DNA of 64,000 bases from Antedon mediterranea (Eukaryota; Animalia; Echinodermata): the NCBI RefSeq assembly GCF_964355755.1, contig NC_092678.1:4294422-4358421 (forward strand), in the 5' to 3' direction. Positions within the stretch are counted from its first letter, which is position 1, and every line of letters starts with the position of its first letter. Made by a program: the position numbers and the translations under genes. Shown piece after piece: positions 13,970 through 34,455 of the stretch. The notes below the pieces were generated by a model. It had not been told where the DNA came from and made no database searches. It was given only the letters and a program-made list of their open reading frames with translations.

Positions 13970-16900
13970 ATGCCTGCAATAAATGTAAGTTCTTAATGGA
14001 TTTTTGATTTTTAAACCAGTATATAATTAAATAAAGCTAAACATTTTTTCTAATTTATTCTGACAAAAATGCTAGGCTAGGCCGGCTAATAACGGCTTGC
14101 ATTGTTTGTGACTCTCTGTGGCGGAGCGGCAGCGGTTAGGTATTGTGTGGTAGGTAAAAGATAGGCCTAGCTAACTTTTATAGCCTAATGTTGTTCAAAA
14201 ACTTTTTATACATGTATAAATTGTTATTTTTACCTTTTAAACCTTATTTTAGCCACATTCAGAATACAAGAAAAAGTTTCGTTGGCATGATTCTTTTAAA
14301 TCTGCATCGTTTACGCCAACAAAACAGCAATCTGCAGAAACTGCAGGCTTGTCATCTTTTGATTTTGGTAAATATAACTTAAATATTCACACTGCACTTA
14401 TTAAGTGTATTATTAATAATATAGGCTAGTAAAGCCACATACTAAATATTAGTATTACTAGCCTATTATATATGTTATGCGCGATTTGAACGATTTGCGC
14501 AATTTAAAATTGCGCAAAAAAATCCTTGCGCAATTTGAAATTGCGCAAAGAATTCTTGCGCAATTTAAAATTGCGCAAGGATTTTTTTGCGCAATTTCAA
14601 ATTGCGCAATCAACTTGCGCAATTTCAAATTGCGCAAGAAAATCTTTGCGCAATTTTAAATTGCGCTGCACAATTTGTAAATTGCGCAAGATAGTTCTTG
14701 CGCAATATGACACCTTTGCGCAATTTGAAAACGAACTGTAAATTTTCCCATACATGGCTAGGCCTAGGCAGAGGAGTTTAAAATTTAGTATTTTATTATA
14801 TAAATAAGACCATTTCAATGAAGATAATGTTTAATACTCACTTTTTAAGTTTTTAATATTAGTTTAATAAGCTAGGCCATGTAACCTAGTCAGTATCAGT
14901 AGTCCAGACCCTAGCTAGGCTAGAGTAGTATAGCCGACCGCCCGCGCCGCGCCCGCCTGGTGGAACACCACCGCTTCGTTTTCCTTCGTCGGTTCTTCGA
15001 CGGTATGCTAACTTATAACAATATTTGCACTACTAAAATAAGGAAATGCGATATTTATCTTTAATTTTGAATCATTCTTAGAAATTACTATATAAATATG
15101 GGTGTGCATGATTTCACAATCTGTCGAAAAACCTTGCGCAATTTGCAGATTACTTGCGCAATTTAATACGTTGTTTGCGCAATTTGAAACACATGTTTCA
15201 ATTCAAATTGCGCAAGGATTTTTTTTGCGCAATTTCAAATTGCGCAAATCGTTCAAATCGCGCATAACATATATATAAAGTACAGTAAAGGCCTTGCACT
15301 GATGAAGGGCTAGTGTTGCCCGATAGCTCTGCTAACTTTTCTGGCTGTTTTACTTCTCGTTTTGATTTAGCTTTTCGCTTTTATTTTGTATCTCCATTGA
15401 GATCCAGCCACTGATACCCACAGCATTGTCAGTTTTTCAGTAATTTGCCTTTGGATTTATAAAGTAAAGGCCATGTATTGTACGGTAGTAAAGTTGTAAA
15501 CCAAATTTAATGGCTCACATTTGTATTTCCAATGCAAATAGGAAATTAATCACCAGATTACCTGAAAGATCATCAAGCTTCAAAATTAATCAAATAGGAA
15601 TTATAATACAGTAATGTATCTCTTTAATTATTTTTTCAGCCAAAACATTTGCAAAAGTACGGGAACCAGCTCTCCAACATAAGAAGCGGCCGAACTTTGA
15701 AACAACGTATAGCACTCGGATCCTTCCAGAACCGCTGGTAGGACATGAAAATGACGACCTGCAGCCTTCGCCATTGAAGTCAGCATTACGACATCCCCCT
15801 AAGGCAGCCCCTACTAGGCCTAGGAATGATTCTAATTTCAATAATAATTCAAAAACGAGGTTTGTTTGATAACTTTTACCCACTGTCCAAAAAAATTGGT
15901 TGGTAAATTTATAGTGCTTAATATTGTTTTGTTTTTTTAATTTCTTTATTAATTTAGTACTTTATCATATAATTTTAGGGTAATTTACAGCAAGAAAGAC
16001 AAGGAAAATGATCTTGCAAGTAATACACAAAACTTAGTGATGGACAAGAAAAATGAGGACAAGCAAGGAACCAGGAATGAAAAAGAAAAGAACGAGGTTA
16101 GACTCATGCTCTGACAAGTTTGATAGCAAGCTCATGCAATGCAAAACCAAATGTGTAACTGTAAATTGTCAATAATAGGAAACTCAAATACATTAACTCT
16201 CCTAAAGCGTACAACCCAAATTATGAATAGAATTTGGGTATTTAATAATGTTAAATTCCGAGCTGACTTTACTACTGACTGTAGGTGCACTCTTCTGGGT
16301 GGTTTCCTCTTCTAAAGTTTCTATCTGGAGTTTTAGGGTAGTATTCAATTCATCTAATAGTAATAATGTGTTATAATAATTTACATAAACTTCAGGTGAA
16401 CAGAGCTATGCAATTCCAGGCTGGAATAAGAGCACCACAATCAGGAGGTCCCAAATACAACACAGAGTATCAGCGACAGTTTGCTTGGAAAAAACCAATA
16501 GTTAAACAATCACCATTAATTGCTGCTGAACAAGTAAGGGTTTTTTATTGTCTTTATTGTAGTCAACTTTTTACTTGAACCAGTTAAGCACGGTTTACCA
16601 ACAAACCAACCTGAGCAAACTAGTGATAACAATAACTCAGTCACTTCCAGAATTCTTAAACTTTTCCTAAACTTTTCAGATGGTTTATAGTTCAAATACC
16701 AACATATCCCCATATGTTCCTGACAAAATTCAAAGAAGCAGTGAATACCAAAACCAATTTCAACCCTGGAAGATACAGGGTCCCAAAAATGAAAGAGATA
16801 AACTGAAGAAAATTGCAGAACGGGAAATCAAGGCAAAGTACAAAATTAGAAATAAGGTTTGTACTCTATAACATATATTCAAGTTGTTAAGTACTTTGAT

Positions 16901-19900
16901 ACTAATACTAAAGATACCTTGGGATCTTTATATGTATTTGATGTTTTTTTAAATATCTCTTAGAAAAAGAAGAAACGTTTATCTCCAGAGAAAATGACAG
17001 CAGCTGGTGTGCCATCAACTATTGTTCATGAAGATCCAGGTCTATTGAAAAGGATACAGAATCCACAAGCACCGTTCTTTCCACACGCTAGTCTTAAGTA
17101 AGTTCTATCATATAAATTTGTCTTAAGTAATTTCTACCATAACTTACACATATTAAAGATCATTCTTAAACCACTTGACAGGCAGTGTACAACCATCATA
17201 GAATGGTTTAACCAAAACCAATGAGAGAAACTGGTAATGACAGAAGATTCACTCTTTATGCTTCTATTTTGGTCTTGTTACTTAGAAAATGGAAATCAGA
17301 ATACAACTCTAACTTTAAGTCTCCAGCCAAATTCAAGTACAGTCATGGTGCCTGGAAAGGTGCGGATCCCCCTCACATCCAACCAAGAGACGATAGTTCT
17401 TACAGAGGTCAAATAAATGATAAAGGAGATAATATTCAGACATCAAATAATCAAACTTGTCCAAACTGGTTTAAGGAGGTTTGTCTAGTTATGTATTTGG
17501 TTCTTTTCTTCAAATTTCTTTTATGTATTGATAGCAGGCAATAGTTTTGAAAGAATAGAAATTAAAAGGCAAACACCAAACAAGCAAAATGGAAGAAAAA
17601 ACCTGTATATAAATGTTGTTTTCCATTGTTTTATTATATTGTATAGGTAGCAGAGTTAAGAGAACGTGCAAAACAGTACAAAAAACGTGCTAGAGGAACG
17701 CATTTCTCGCGAGAACATCTGGCGCAGTTATTGGCAGAACAAGCTAAATTATGGGATCAACCAGCAGACAATGGAGATGATACCACCAACAAAAATGACA
17801 AGGACCAGAATATGTATGTACAGTGGGAATTGATAAATTTTAAATAATTATATACACTTTTTCTGTAGTGTAAGTTAGATGAGACATCTCCGCTTCAACT
17901 TTTCTTGTTTGAAATTTAGAATATTTTTATGATTTAGGGTTCCAGCAGGCAAAGCAAGCAACCAAGATGATCTAACGCCACATGTTGAAACCAGTGAAGA
18001 TGATACAGAGAAACCAACAAGAAGGAAGCTAGCCTGGGGCAGGAAGAATAATCAAAATGATAACAACAATGATAATGCTTCAAGGTATGGTTAATGAATT
18101 GCTACAGCTAGAGTTCTATTTTATATCTCCAATTTAAAGCACGAGAAATTATAAAATAGTTTATCCATCCTGTAATTGGTGAGTTACTCGCTGTTGGATG
18201 CGTATGGAATAAAAAAAATACTATTCTTCTTTAGTATTGGTAGCATCCCAACGCCTCCAGACCAGAGAGATTCAGTTTCATCCAGTAGCAACTTAGAAAT
18301 CACTGATGAGAATGGAAGAGTGCCTACACCAGAGCTGCCAGATAAAGGAATCAAACGAAGACACCACTTTGATAGAACCACGCCATATACAGGTACAGTA
18401 GGAGTATAGAAATAATGTCATTTCTAAAGCATTATCAAACTTTGTGTGACAACAAAATGTGATGTGCCCATATATCGATATGATGATGTCATATCACTAA
18501 CTATATTTAATCATATCACTACCATATTTGGGCACATTATACTTTTTTTTTAAACTAGTTTGATAGTGTAGACAGAGCTTGAAAACATTGGTAAAATATT
18601 GACAGCTTGAGTAATATTTACATTTAGTAATGTAGATAGTCTAAAGTTTTGAGAATAATGTTGAAGTTTTTAACGATATCATTTTGTTATTTTCTTTATA
18701 GGTGGTGCTTTATTAACATCACCACAACCATCAAGAATTGCAGTTGTTTCGTCGCCAGTTCCAAAAGACCCACTAGCTGAACCAATCTACAGACCTGGTA
18801 ATCGTGAATATGCCGTTGACAAGTCTCCACCTCGGTACAAAGGAGGTACTGTGATAGTTTAATTTTGGCATAAAGTTGGCCCTGCTTCCCTCAAAGAAGA
18901 ACATAAGTGTATAGAGCTTGAAAAAATCTTATTAGTTTTTTATAATTTTTATTTACAGGACGTATAAAACCAGGTATTACATATAAAAAGGATCAAGGCA
19001 GTAGTGATGAATGCAACAACGATGATGACGATGTCACACCGGTAAAAGCGACTTCACGCCCATCAAAAGCGACAGAGGTAAGTCAATTGATAAAGTTGTA
19101 CCAAAAACTGTTGCATCATGATGTATTACTTGCACACTATCTCAATATTGGAGACCTTGGGAGACTTTCTGGTTTCAGACTTTCTGTTTTTAGGAGAATC
19201 AACAGTACGTTTTGTCTATTGTATTTACTTGTTTTGTTTTAATTTTCAAGCCTCTTGCAGCATCGCCGACAGCAGGGGTAAGATCTAGAGACCCAGACCC
19301 GTTGAACGATGATTTGTCCGAACATTCATTCAACAGACATTCCAATAACTACTTCCAAACAAGTCCTGGTGTGAAGTACCTCCCAGGTACAGGTTCACCA
19401 CCAAGAACGTGGGCAGCTCCACGTCAACAAGCAATACACAGGGAACAAACTAGGCCTAGTGGAGGTAACAAACACATTGGATATAGTACTAGTCTATCTT
19501 TAGGAGAAGGGTTGGTGAATCCACCAGTCAGGAGTTCTTCTCATGGCAACTTGTTTACAAGCAGATTGTCTGAATAGCACCCCTAGACAACTTGTTTACA
19601 AGCAGAATGTCTGAATACCACCCCTAGACAACTTGTTTATAGGCAGAATGTCTGAATAGCACCCCTAGACAACTTGTTTACAAGTAGAATGTCTTAATAG
19701 CACCCCTAGACAACTTGTTTACAAGCAGAATGTCTGAATAGCACCCCTAGACAACTTGTTTACAAGCAGAATGTCTGAATACCACCCCTAGACAACTTGT
19801 TTATAAGCAGAATGTGTGAATAGCATCCCTAGACAACTTGTTTATAAGCAGAATGTCTGAATAGCACCCCTAGACAACTTGTTTACAAGCAGAATGTCTG

Positions 19901-21058
19901 AATAGCACCCCTAGACAACTTGTTTACAAGCAGAATGTCTGAATAGCACCCCTAGACAACTTGTTTATAGGCAGAATGTGTGAATAGCACCCCTAGATGA
20001 CTTGTTTATAAAGCAGAATATCTGAATAGCACCCCTAGACAACTTGTTTATAGGCAGAATGTCTGAATAGCATCCCTAGACAACTTGTTACAAGCAGAAT
20101 GTGTGAATACCACCCCTAGACAACTTGTTTACAAGCAGAATGTCTGAATAGCATCCCTAGACAACTTGTTTACAAGCAGAATGTCTGAATAGCACCCCTA
20201 GACAACTTGTTTATAGGCAGAATGTGTGAATAGCACCCCTAGATGACTTGTTTATAAAGCAGAATATCTGAATAGCACCCCTAGACAACTTGTTTATAGG
20301 CAGAATGTCTGAATAGCATCCCTAGACAACTTGTTACAAGCAGAATGTGTGAATACCACCCCTAGACAACTTGTTTACAAGCAGAATGTCTGAATAGCAT
20401 CCCTAGACAACTTGTTTACAAGCAGAATGTCTGAATAGCACCCCTAGATGACTTGTTTTGTCAGCATGTTCATGTCTGTGGGACTGCCCAGGTGTAGAGC
20501 ATACATAATACAGTAGATTGATAGAAATTGTGCATGAATTCAATTATGGTTATCTTTCATATCCTAAATCTAAAGGAAAACAAACCCAGGAAACGAGCAT
20601 ATTAGGGTTGGTGCTTGAAAGTTGTTTAAATACGGTACTGAAGATCCTTGATTTCAAATATTCATATCTACTCTTCTTTCTTATTTACAGGTCCTTTAGA
20701 TAAAGCACACACTAAAAACCTGCAAGGAAGACCTCTGACAGCAAAGCCGATGTCACGTGACCAAGCTAACCAGATAGAGAATCAACTATCAGATGACGAT
20801 GTTTCATCCATGTCCTCTGCCAGACAAGCGCGGGGAAAGTTAGCAGCCAAATCTACAAGAAATTCACGCCCAAGGACTGATCACACTAGAGACAATATAC
20901 ATCCATCTTTGGGCGTATCGAAATTAGACGATAGTCCGTCTAGTGATCAATTGTCCGCAATATCAAGTGTTTCCAGTTGTTCATTAGCGTCCGATATACT
21001 TGATCGAGCACGGAACCGAAGGGACAAATTTTGGGGAAGTAGTGGACAGACTAAATAA
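13970..21058 (+). CDS. MDM1: Nuclear protein MDM1 (centriolar microtubule-lumen binding protein), ~15 exons
   Basis: MPAIN|PHSEYKKKFRW...EPALQHKKR; repeats TEYQRQFAWKKP, SEYQNQFQPW, SEYNSNFKSP; WFKEVAELRERAKQYKKRARGTHFSREHLAQL; C-terminal SSCSLASDILDRARNRRDKFWG, all matching MDM1 motifs. Exons ~13970-13984, 14253-14367, 15640-15859, 15980-16096, 16396-16533, 16680-16857, 16964-17098, 17286-17478, 17647-17813, 17939-18084, 18235-18392, 18702-18847, 18959-19078, 19251-19463, 20691-21058. Confidence 0.92.
14473..15269. mobile_element. Non-autonomous TIR element with TGTT...AACA termini and TTGCGCAA subrepeats, in MDM1 intron 2
   Basis: TIR TGTTATGCGCGATTTGAACGATTTGCGCAATTT / AAATTGCGCAAATCGTTCAAATCGCGCATAACA inserted in (TA)n; about 20 TTGCGCAA palindromes. 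Confidence 0.85.
15294..15461 (+). mobile_element. Penelope-like pseudo-LTR repeat, copy 1 (hammerhead core mutated GAAA>GATA)
   Basis: Near-identical to the reverse complement of 44685-44854; begins GCA-CTGATGA-A-GGGC...GCCC-GATA-GCTC-TGC. Confidence 0.75.
18429..18579. mobile_element. MITE family A copy in MDM1 intron
   Basis: TATCAAACTTTGTGTGAC...TATCACTACCATATTTGGGCAC...GTTTGATAGTGTAGACAGAGCT. Confidence 0.8.
19547..20457. repeat. 41-bp minisatellite (CAACTTGTTTACAAGCAGAATGTCTGAATAGCACCCCTAGA)n, ~22 units, last MDM1 intron
   Basis: Head-to-tail units with no spacers; a ~6-unit higher-order block is repeated. Confidence 0.98.
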
Positions 21059-21548
21059 TCAGCTTAGTAAATGCTAAGACCTGAAATTTTTATAGTCAAT
21101 TGTACATAATTTTTACTAATGTAATTTTAATTATGCAAAGTAGCTTTTAAAAAATCCAAATGTAATTTATTTTAAATGGTTTTATAGACACTAATCTTTT
21201 TTAATGTAAATTTTTAATGAGGTTTTATAAGATCCCAAAATGTAGTTCTGTAACTGTTTTCTAATTCTAATAATAATACCCATCAAATTATTAAAACATT
21301 ATTATTTTTGTATTTGTACTTAGGGAAGGAAAATCATTTTATTTCTGAAAAAAAAAAGAAAACCAAAAATGCTGATTTTAGTCAGATATGCTAGTAGTGT
21401 AAGACATGTGTGATCTGTTTTTCAAAATGTAAAAAACAATCGAAATTAAACCAAACTGAAACACTGTGATTCATGTAAACTTTCCTTTATTTACGCCATT
21501 GTTCACCAGCAGCAATTTACAGTAACAATCCAAATTAAAAGTGATGAT

Positions 21549-22875
<1,327 letters not shown>

Positions 22876-23037
22876 CTTGTTTTTTAGGTTGATCGAAAAG
22901 GTCTAATCAATCCCAAAATGCAATTCACCAGAGCAAGCGCTAATCAAATGATAGAGGGCAGCATTCCCTGCAAAAAAACAATAACAAAAATCTAATCATC
23001 GCGGCGGCCCAACCCACATTAAAAATCTGCAGAAAAT
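22876..23037. promoter_or_regulatory. Compact bidirectional promoter RPS23/copine
   Basis: Only 162 bp between divergent ATGs; TCT/TOP-like CCTTTTC (22901-22895, -), Staf/ZNF143-like TCCCAAAATGCA (22911), AGAGGGCAGC (CTCF-core-like), YY1-like AAATATGGC over the copine ATG. Confidence 0.75.
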
Positions 23038-30380
<7,343 letters not shown>

Positions 30381-32325
30381 ATCATTTTACAGAGGCTAAA
30401 GAAGCTACGAGTGAGTTAAACTAAACCATTTAAAGAGGCTAAACCGGGCTACAATCGATTAAGTAAATTATGAGTTGAAATCTTTTACAGGGGTTATTCC
30501 TAGCCGTCCAGTAGTCTGCTATTTACAATAGTTTTATTCTACTGCATACTGTATTACAACTTGTTTATATTACTTATTTTGTGGCATTTGTTTTTAAAAT
30601 GAAGGTTGGTGCTTGGTTTAGTGGATCATTATCATTGTGATATGCCACATTTTTAACTCTAAGATGGAGTATTTGTTTGTCATTCAATTTATTCCAGGTA
30701 TAGGTACTATCATATAAATTACCCTCTTGCCATTTTAGTGTGTTTTTCTTCCAGAACAAAATTCAATATCTAGCTCAACAGAACTATGTTTTAACGGTAA
30801 CCATTTGAAATTCAGAAAATAAGAAACAAAAATAGTTTTCATCAATAAAAATTGAAAAAGATTTTTTTAGTGGAAGATTTGAATTAACCTGCTCTACCTT
30901 TTGAAATTATTACATAACTTCTTAAATAGATAAACTTATTAAATAACTTAAATATAGAAATTCTATAGCAAGGTACAGTATGTGAATGTGTTGGACTAGG
31001 AGAGTTTAGAAGTACTACTGATAATGTTTACCCATTCCCCTGCTGTGTGGATCGTAAAACACACTCCCAATTGCTCATATTTTGATATTTAAATTAGTTA
31101 TTGTGTGTTGTGTTATAATTATAATAGTATCATGTTTTAATAATGAAAATATTACAATTATAGTATTAGATCGTAACATTAGTGAAATAATTTTTAGTGT
31201 TTTAAAATTCAAGTTATAATTACTGTTTACATAATTATGTAATACAGACTTAGATACAAACAAAGTGCAATCTTAAATTGTAACTATTTGCATAAAATGA
31301 ATATGCAAGTGTCAGTTTACTGAGCTGCATTTGCATACATGTGTGAACATTCTCATTTAATATAATACCTTGCCCTGATATATAATATCACATTTAAAAA
31401 AGGAATTGTATTTATTTATTATTTAAAGTTTGACCAACATAGTATTGGTGATTACCATTCCTTACTGTAAGCCGAATTTAATTTCATTATGTTACTAATT
31501 ATTTAAATCATTTTGATATAATCAATTTTATAAAATACTATTTTAGTATAATATTGTTTGTTTATATACGTTTGCCCTAAAGACCAAACCACTTGTTTTT
31601 CATAATGGAAAAATGTTCCTATTTATGCAATGTGCAAATTTACATAATGTAATGCATTTATCAATTATATATATATATATATATTTGAATTTTGGCTTTT
31701 TGTATATTATATCATGAAGGTATCATGATTTGATTGCGTAGTTATTATAAATCTTCTTACTCATAGATAGATAGTTAGTATTTAATGTGGCTTTTTTCTA
31801 AATACAATATTTCGTGTATTCTATGACATTTAGTGACCTTCATTCTTCAACTTATGTGCAATATTATGTAAGTGTATAGTGCCTGATTATCTGTATTACT
31901 TTCCAGGAAAGTAACTGAATTGTTGCAGAGTAAAAACATTAATAATAATAACAGTACATCATATGTTTACTATAATAATTGTTGTAATTTGATATGTTTG
32001 CCATTTTCTGAGTAGAGTAGAATTGAAGATTTAGTTGCCTTTCTCCACCTATTTACAGTATAAGCAAACACCAATAGTTCAAGTGAAGATAAAGTTATTA
32101 TCATCGTTTTAAGGTCCACATGACGTTGAACATTTTAAGCATCTCTCAGGAAATAAGAATTGCGTGGAGCTGGTTCACACTAATCATGACGCTAAACAAA
32201 TACGCTCTGCTGTGAACCATCCTTTTATTTCACAATTTGTTTTAGTCAGAACAAAATCAGCTTCGTGATTGTTGCCAGATTCTCGTTTTAAACTTTTTAT
32301 AGGTTTAAAATCAAGAAATCAAGTA

Positions 32326-32511
32326 CAGTCAACTCTCCCAATACCGGACACCTTTGGGCCGGCCAAATAAGTCTGGTTTTCCGGAAAGTCTGGTATTCGG
32401 AATGTGTTTTTAATGGTAAATATAAATTTGGGACCTTTTGGTCCTCAAAAAAAGTCTGGTATTGGGAGAGTTTCTGGTTTTCAGAGAGTCCGGTATTGGG
32501 AGAGTTGACTG
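32326..32511. mobile_element. Tc1/mariner (pogo-like) MITE, 186 bp
   Basis: Perfect TIR CAGTCAACTCTCCCAATACCGGAC / GTCCGGTATTGGGAGAGTTGACTG with TA on both flanks. Confidence 0.92.
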
Positions 32512-33199
32512 TATCAACCAAAATTCTTTAAAGTAGATTAGTTGATAATATTTCATGGATATAAGGGGGATGTCAAATTATTCTACTACAGTAACTACAT
32601 TTTACTGCAGTAATATATGACTTCAGTTTTAATGTAAACGTTCACGAGTTACTGCAATATTCAACAATGTGTATTATTACTCAAAAATTCTAAATAACTT
32701 AGGTTAAAGAGTAAACAACTGCAGTAACTGCAGTAGAATAACGTTGTCATGGTCCCCAATCCTTAGTTGATATAGTATAGGTTAATAAAGACGAGTGTAC
32801 AATCTTTTAAATATATTGAAATATGAAATTCGGACATTTTATCTATGCAGTAATATATACACACCTAGTAAATATAGAGAATAGAATGCTTAATCAAATA
32901 TTATATAAGAGGACCATTATCATATGGTGCTTGGGTAATCGTATTACATCACTGAAAATGTGATGAATTTTATTCCTTAAAAGTTCTGTTATGTAAATCA
33001 TCAAATTACTTAAGTAACTATTATATGAAGTTAGTTTTGAAACTTTCTACTATTATACGTTCTATGATAAGTAGAAAAAATCTGAAGAGTAGGTAACAGC
33101 CCATATAGACTACCTCAAATATGGCGATCATGTAGCAACGGGATCATGTCAAAATCTTACGTATTCGGTATCATAAACTGAAAACCAACTTATTATTAT

Positions 33200-33460
33200 C
33201 ATAATGCCCACTGTTTGAATCTGCCATTTTTAAATCCTTGTTCTAAATCCTTGTTCCAATTTGGTCTTCCCCAGTCCTTATCTATCTCATCCATCCGTCT
33301 TTGGGACAATCCTTTTTAACCATTCAGGTAACCATCTGTTGACCTTCTTCATGACCAGCCTATTTGCATGGTTTAACATTTTCTTTCCAGGATTCTCATC
33401 ATTCTTATTCTATTTAAACATCTGAATGTCAGTTGTCTATTTATACATTCAAGCATAATA
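33200..33460 (-). mobile_element. Degenerate RTE-like LINE 3' fragment
   Basis: Minus-strand translation gives K*AGH...RW..EW...WMDEIDKDWGRPNW...KWQ with frameshifts, resembling the RTE ORF C-terminus. Confidence 0.4.
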
Positions 33461-34455
33461 CACATCATTCAGCCAATCAATTAAATAAATCTGTTATAAT
33501 AATTCGAATATGTAGAGGGTTCCCAACATACCTATTTGGATCTGCTTGATGGTTGGTTGAAGTATTTTAGTATTTCAGCAGTATTTGACTTTTTATCAGT
33601 ACGATTCTCATATGCTTCTAGCTTGTGAATTTTTTGTATTTTTCTTGGTTATACAGTAGTAATGACTAATATCGAACAATTATAAACAATTTCTTCAGAA
33701 TTTACATTGTAGTATTGTGTATGTGTGTAATTTTAACTTTGTATCGTATTAAATGAATTTAATTCCAGTATGTTATTCGCATTTTATTATATAATAAAAC
33801 TATTATGAGAAATCATTGAAGAAACATTAAAAGATTAAAACAAAAGTTTGTTTTTGATTGTATTGTGTGGTTGTAGCAATGTAGAGTTGTTGAAAGATTT
33901 GCAAGGCCGCGAGTAAGCAAGGTTTGCAGATCACTAGGCTACGTGGTTAAAAGAAATGAAATCTGTCGTATTCGATTGGAAACTTTTGTTGTCAACATAA
34001 AGATTCATTTTTTCCTTTTTGTATTCCGAATGGTAAATTGTAAACGAATTGTATGGTGCTCAATGGAAAATCATTCGAATAAATAACGTTAACAACGCAA
34101 GCTTTTTTCTTAAGAACAATCTTAACGTTCAAAATAGGCATAAGTACTCAACGGAAAAATTATACTCAACGGAAAAATTATACTCAACGATAAAGCTCCT
34201 AATCGAATACGACATTGAAACAAAATGAATAGACACCAACATTATATATGAATTGTTGTATTTAATAAAAAAGAGTTTCGGAAAAATTAATCATTAATCA
34301 AAATTAATATTATGATCATGACGAAATACAGAATATAATATTTAACATTTTAGAGCATGAGTCCTTAGTAGAGTTCTAATATGAAATGTAACGGTGTTAG
34401 GGTATACAAAATGTCATGCCATCAAAGTGAAGAAAATTATCTTTCTTTTTGCAAC

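Noticed and set aside
14477-14818. LRNLKLRK-repeat ORFs resembling LRRs
   Set aside because: Derived from TTGCGCAA subrepeats of a TIR element.
19547-20457. CRISPR-like array
   Set aside because: Units are contiguous with no unique spacers, there are no cas genes, and the context is a eukaryotic intron.
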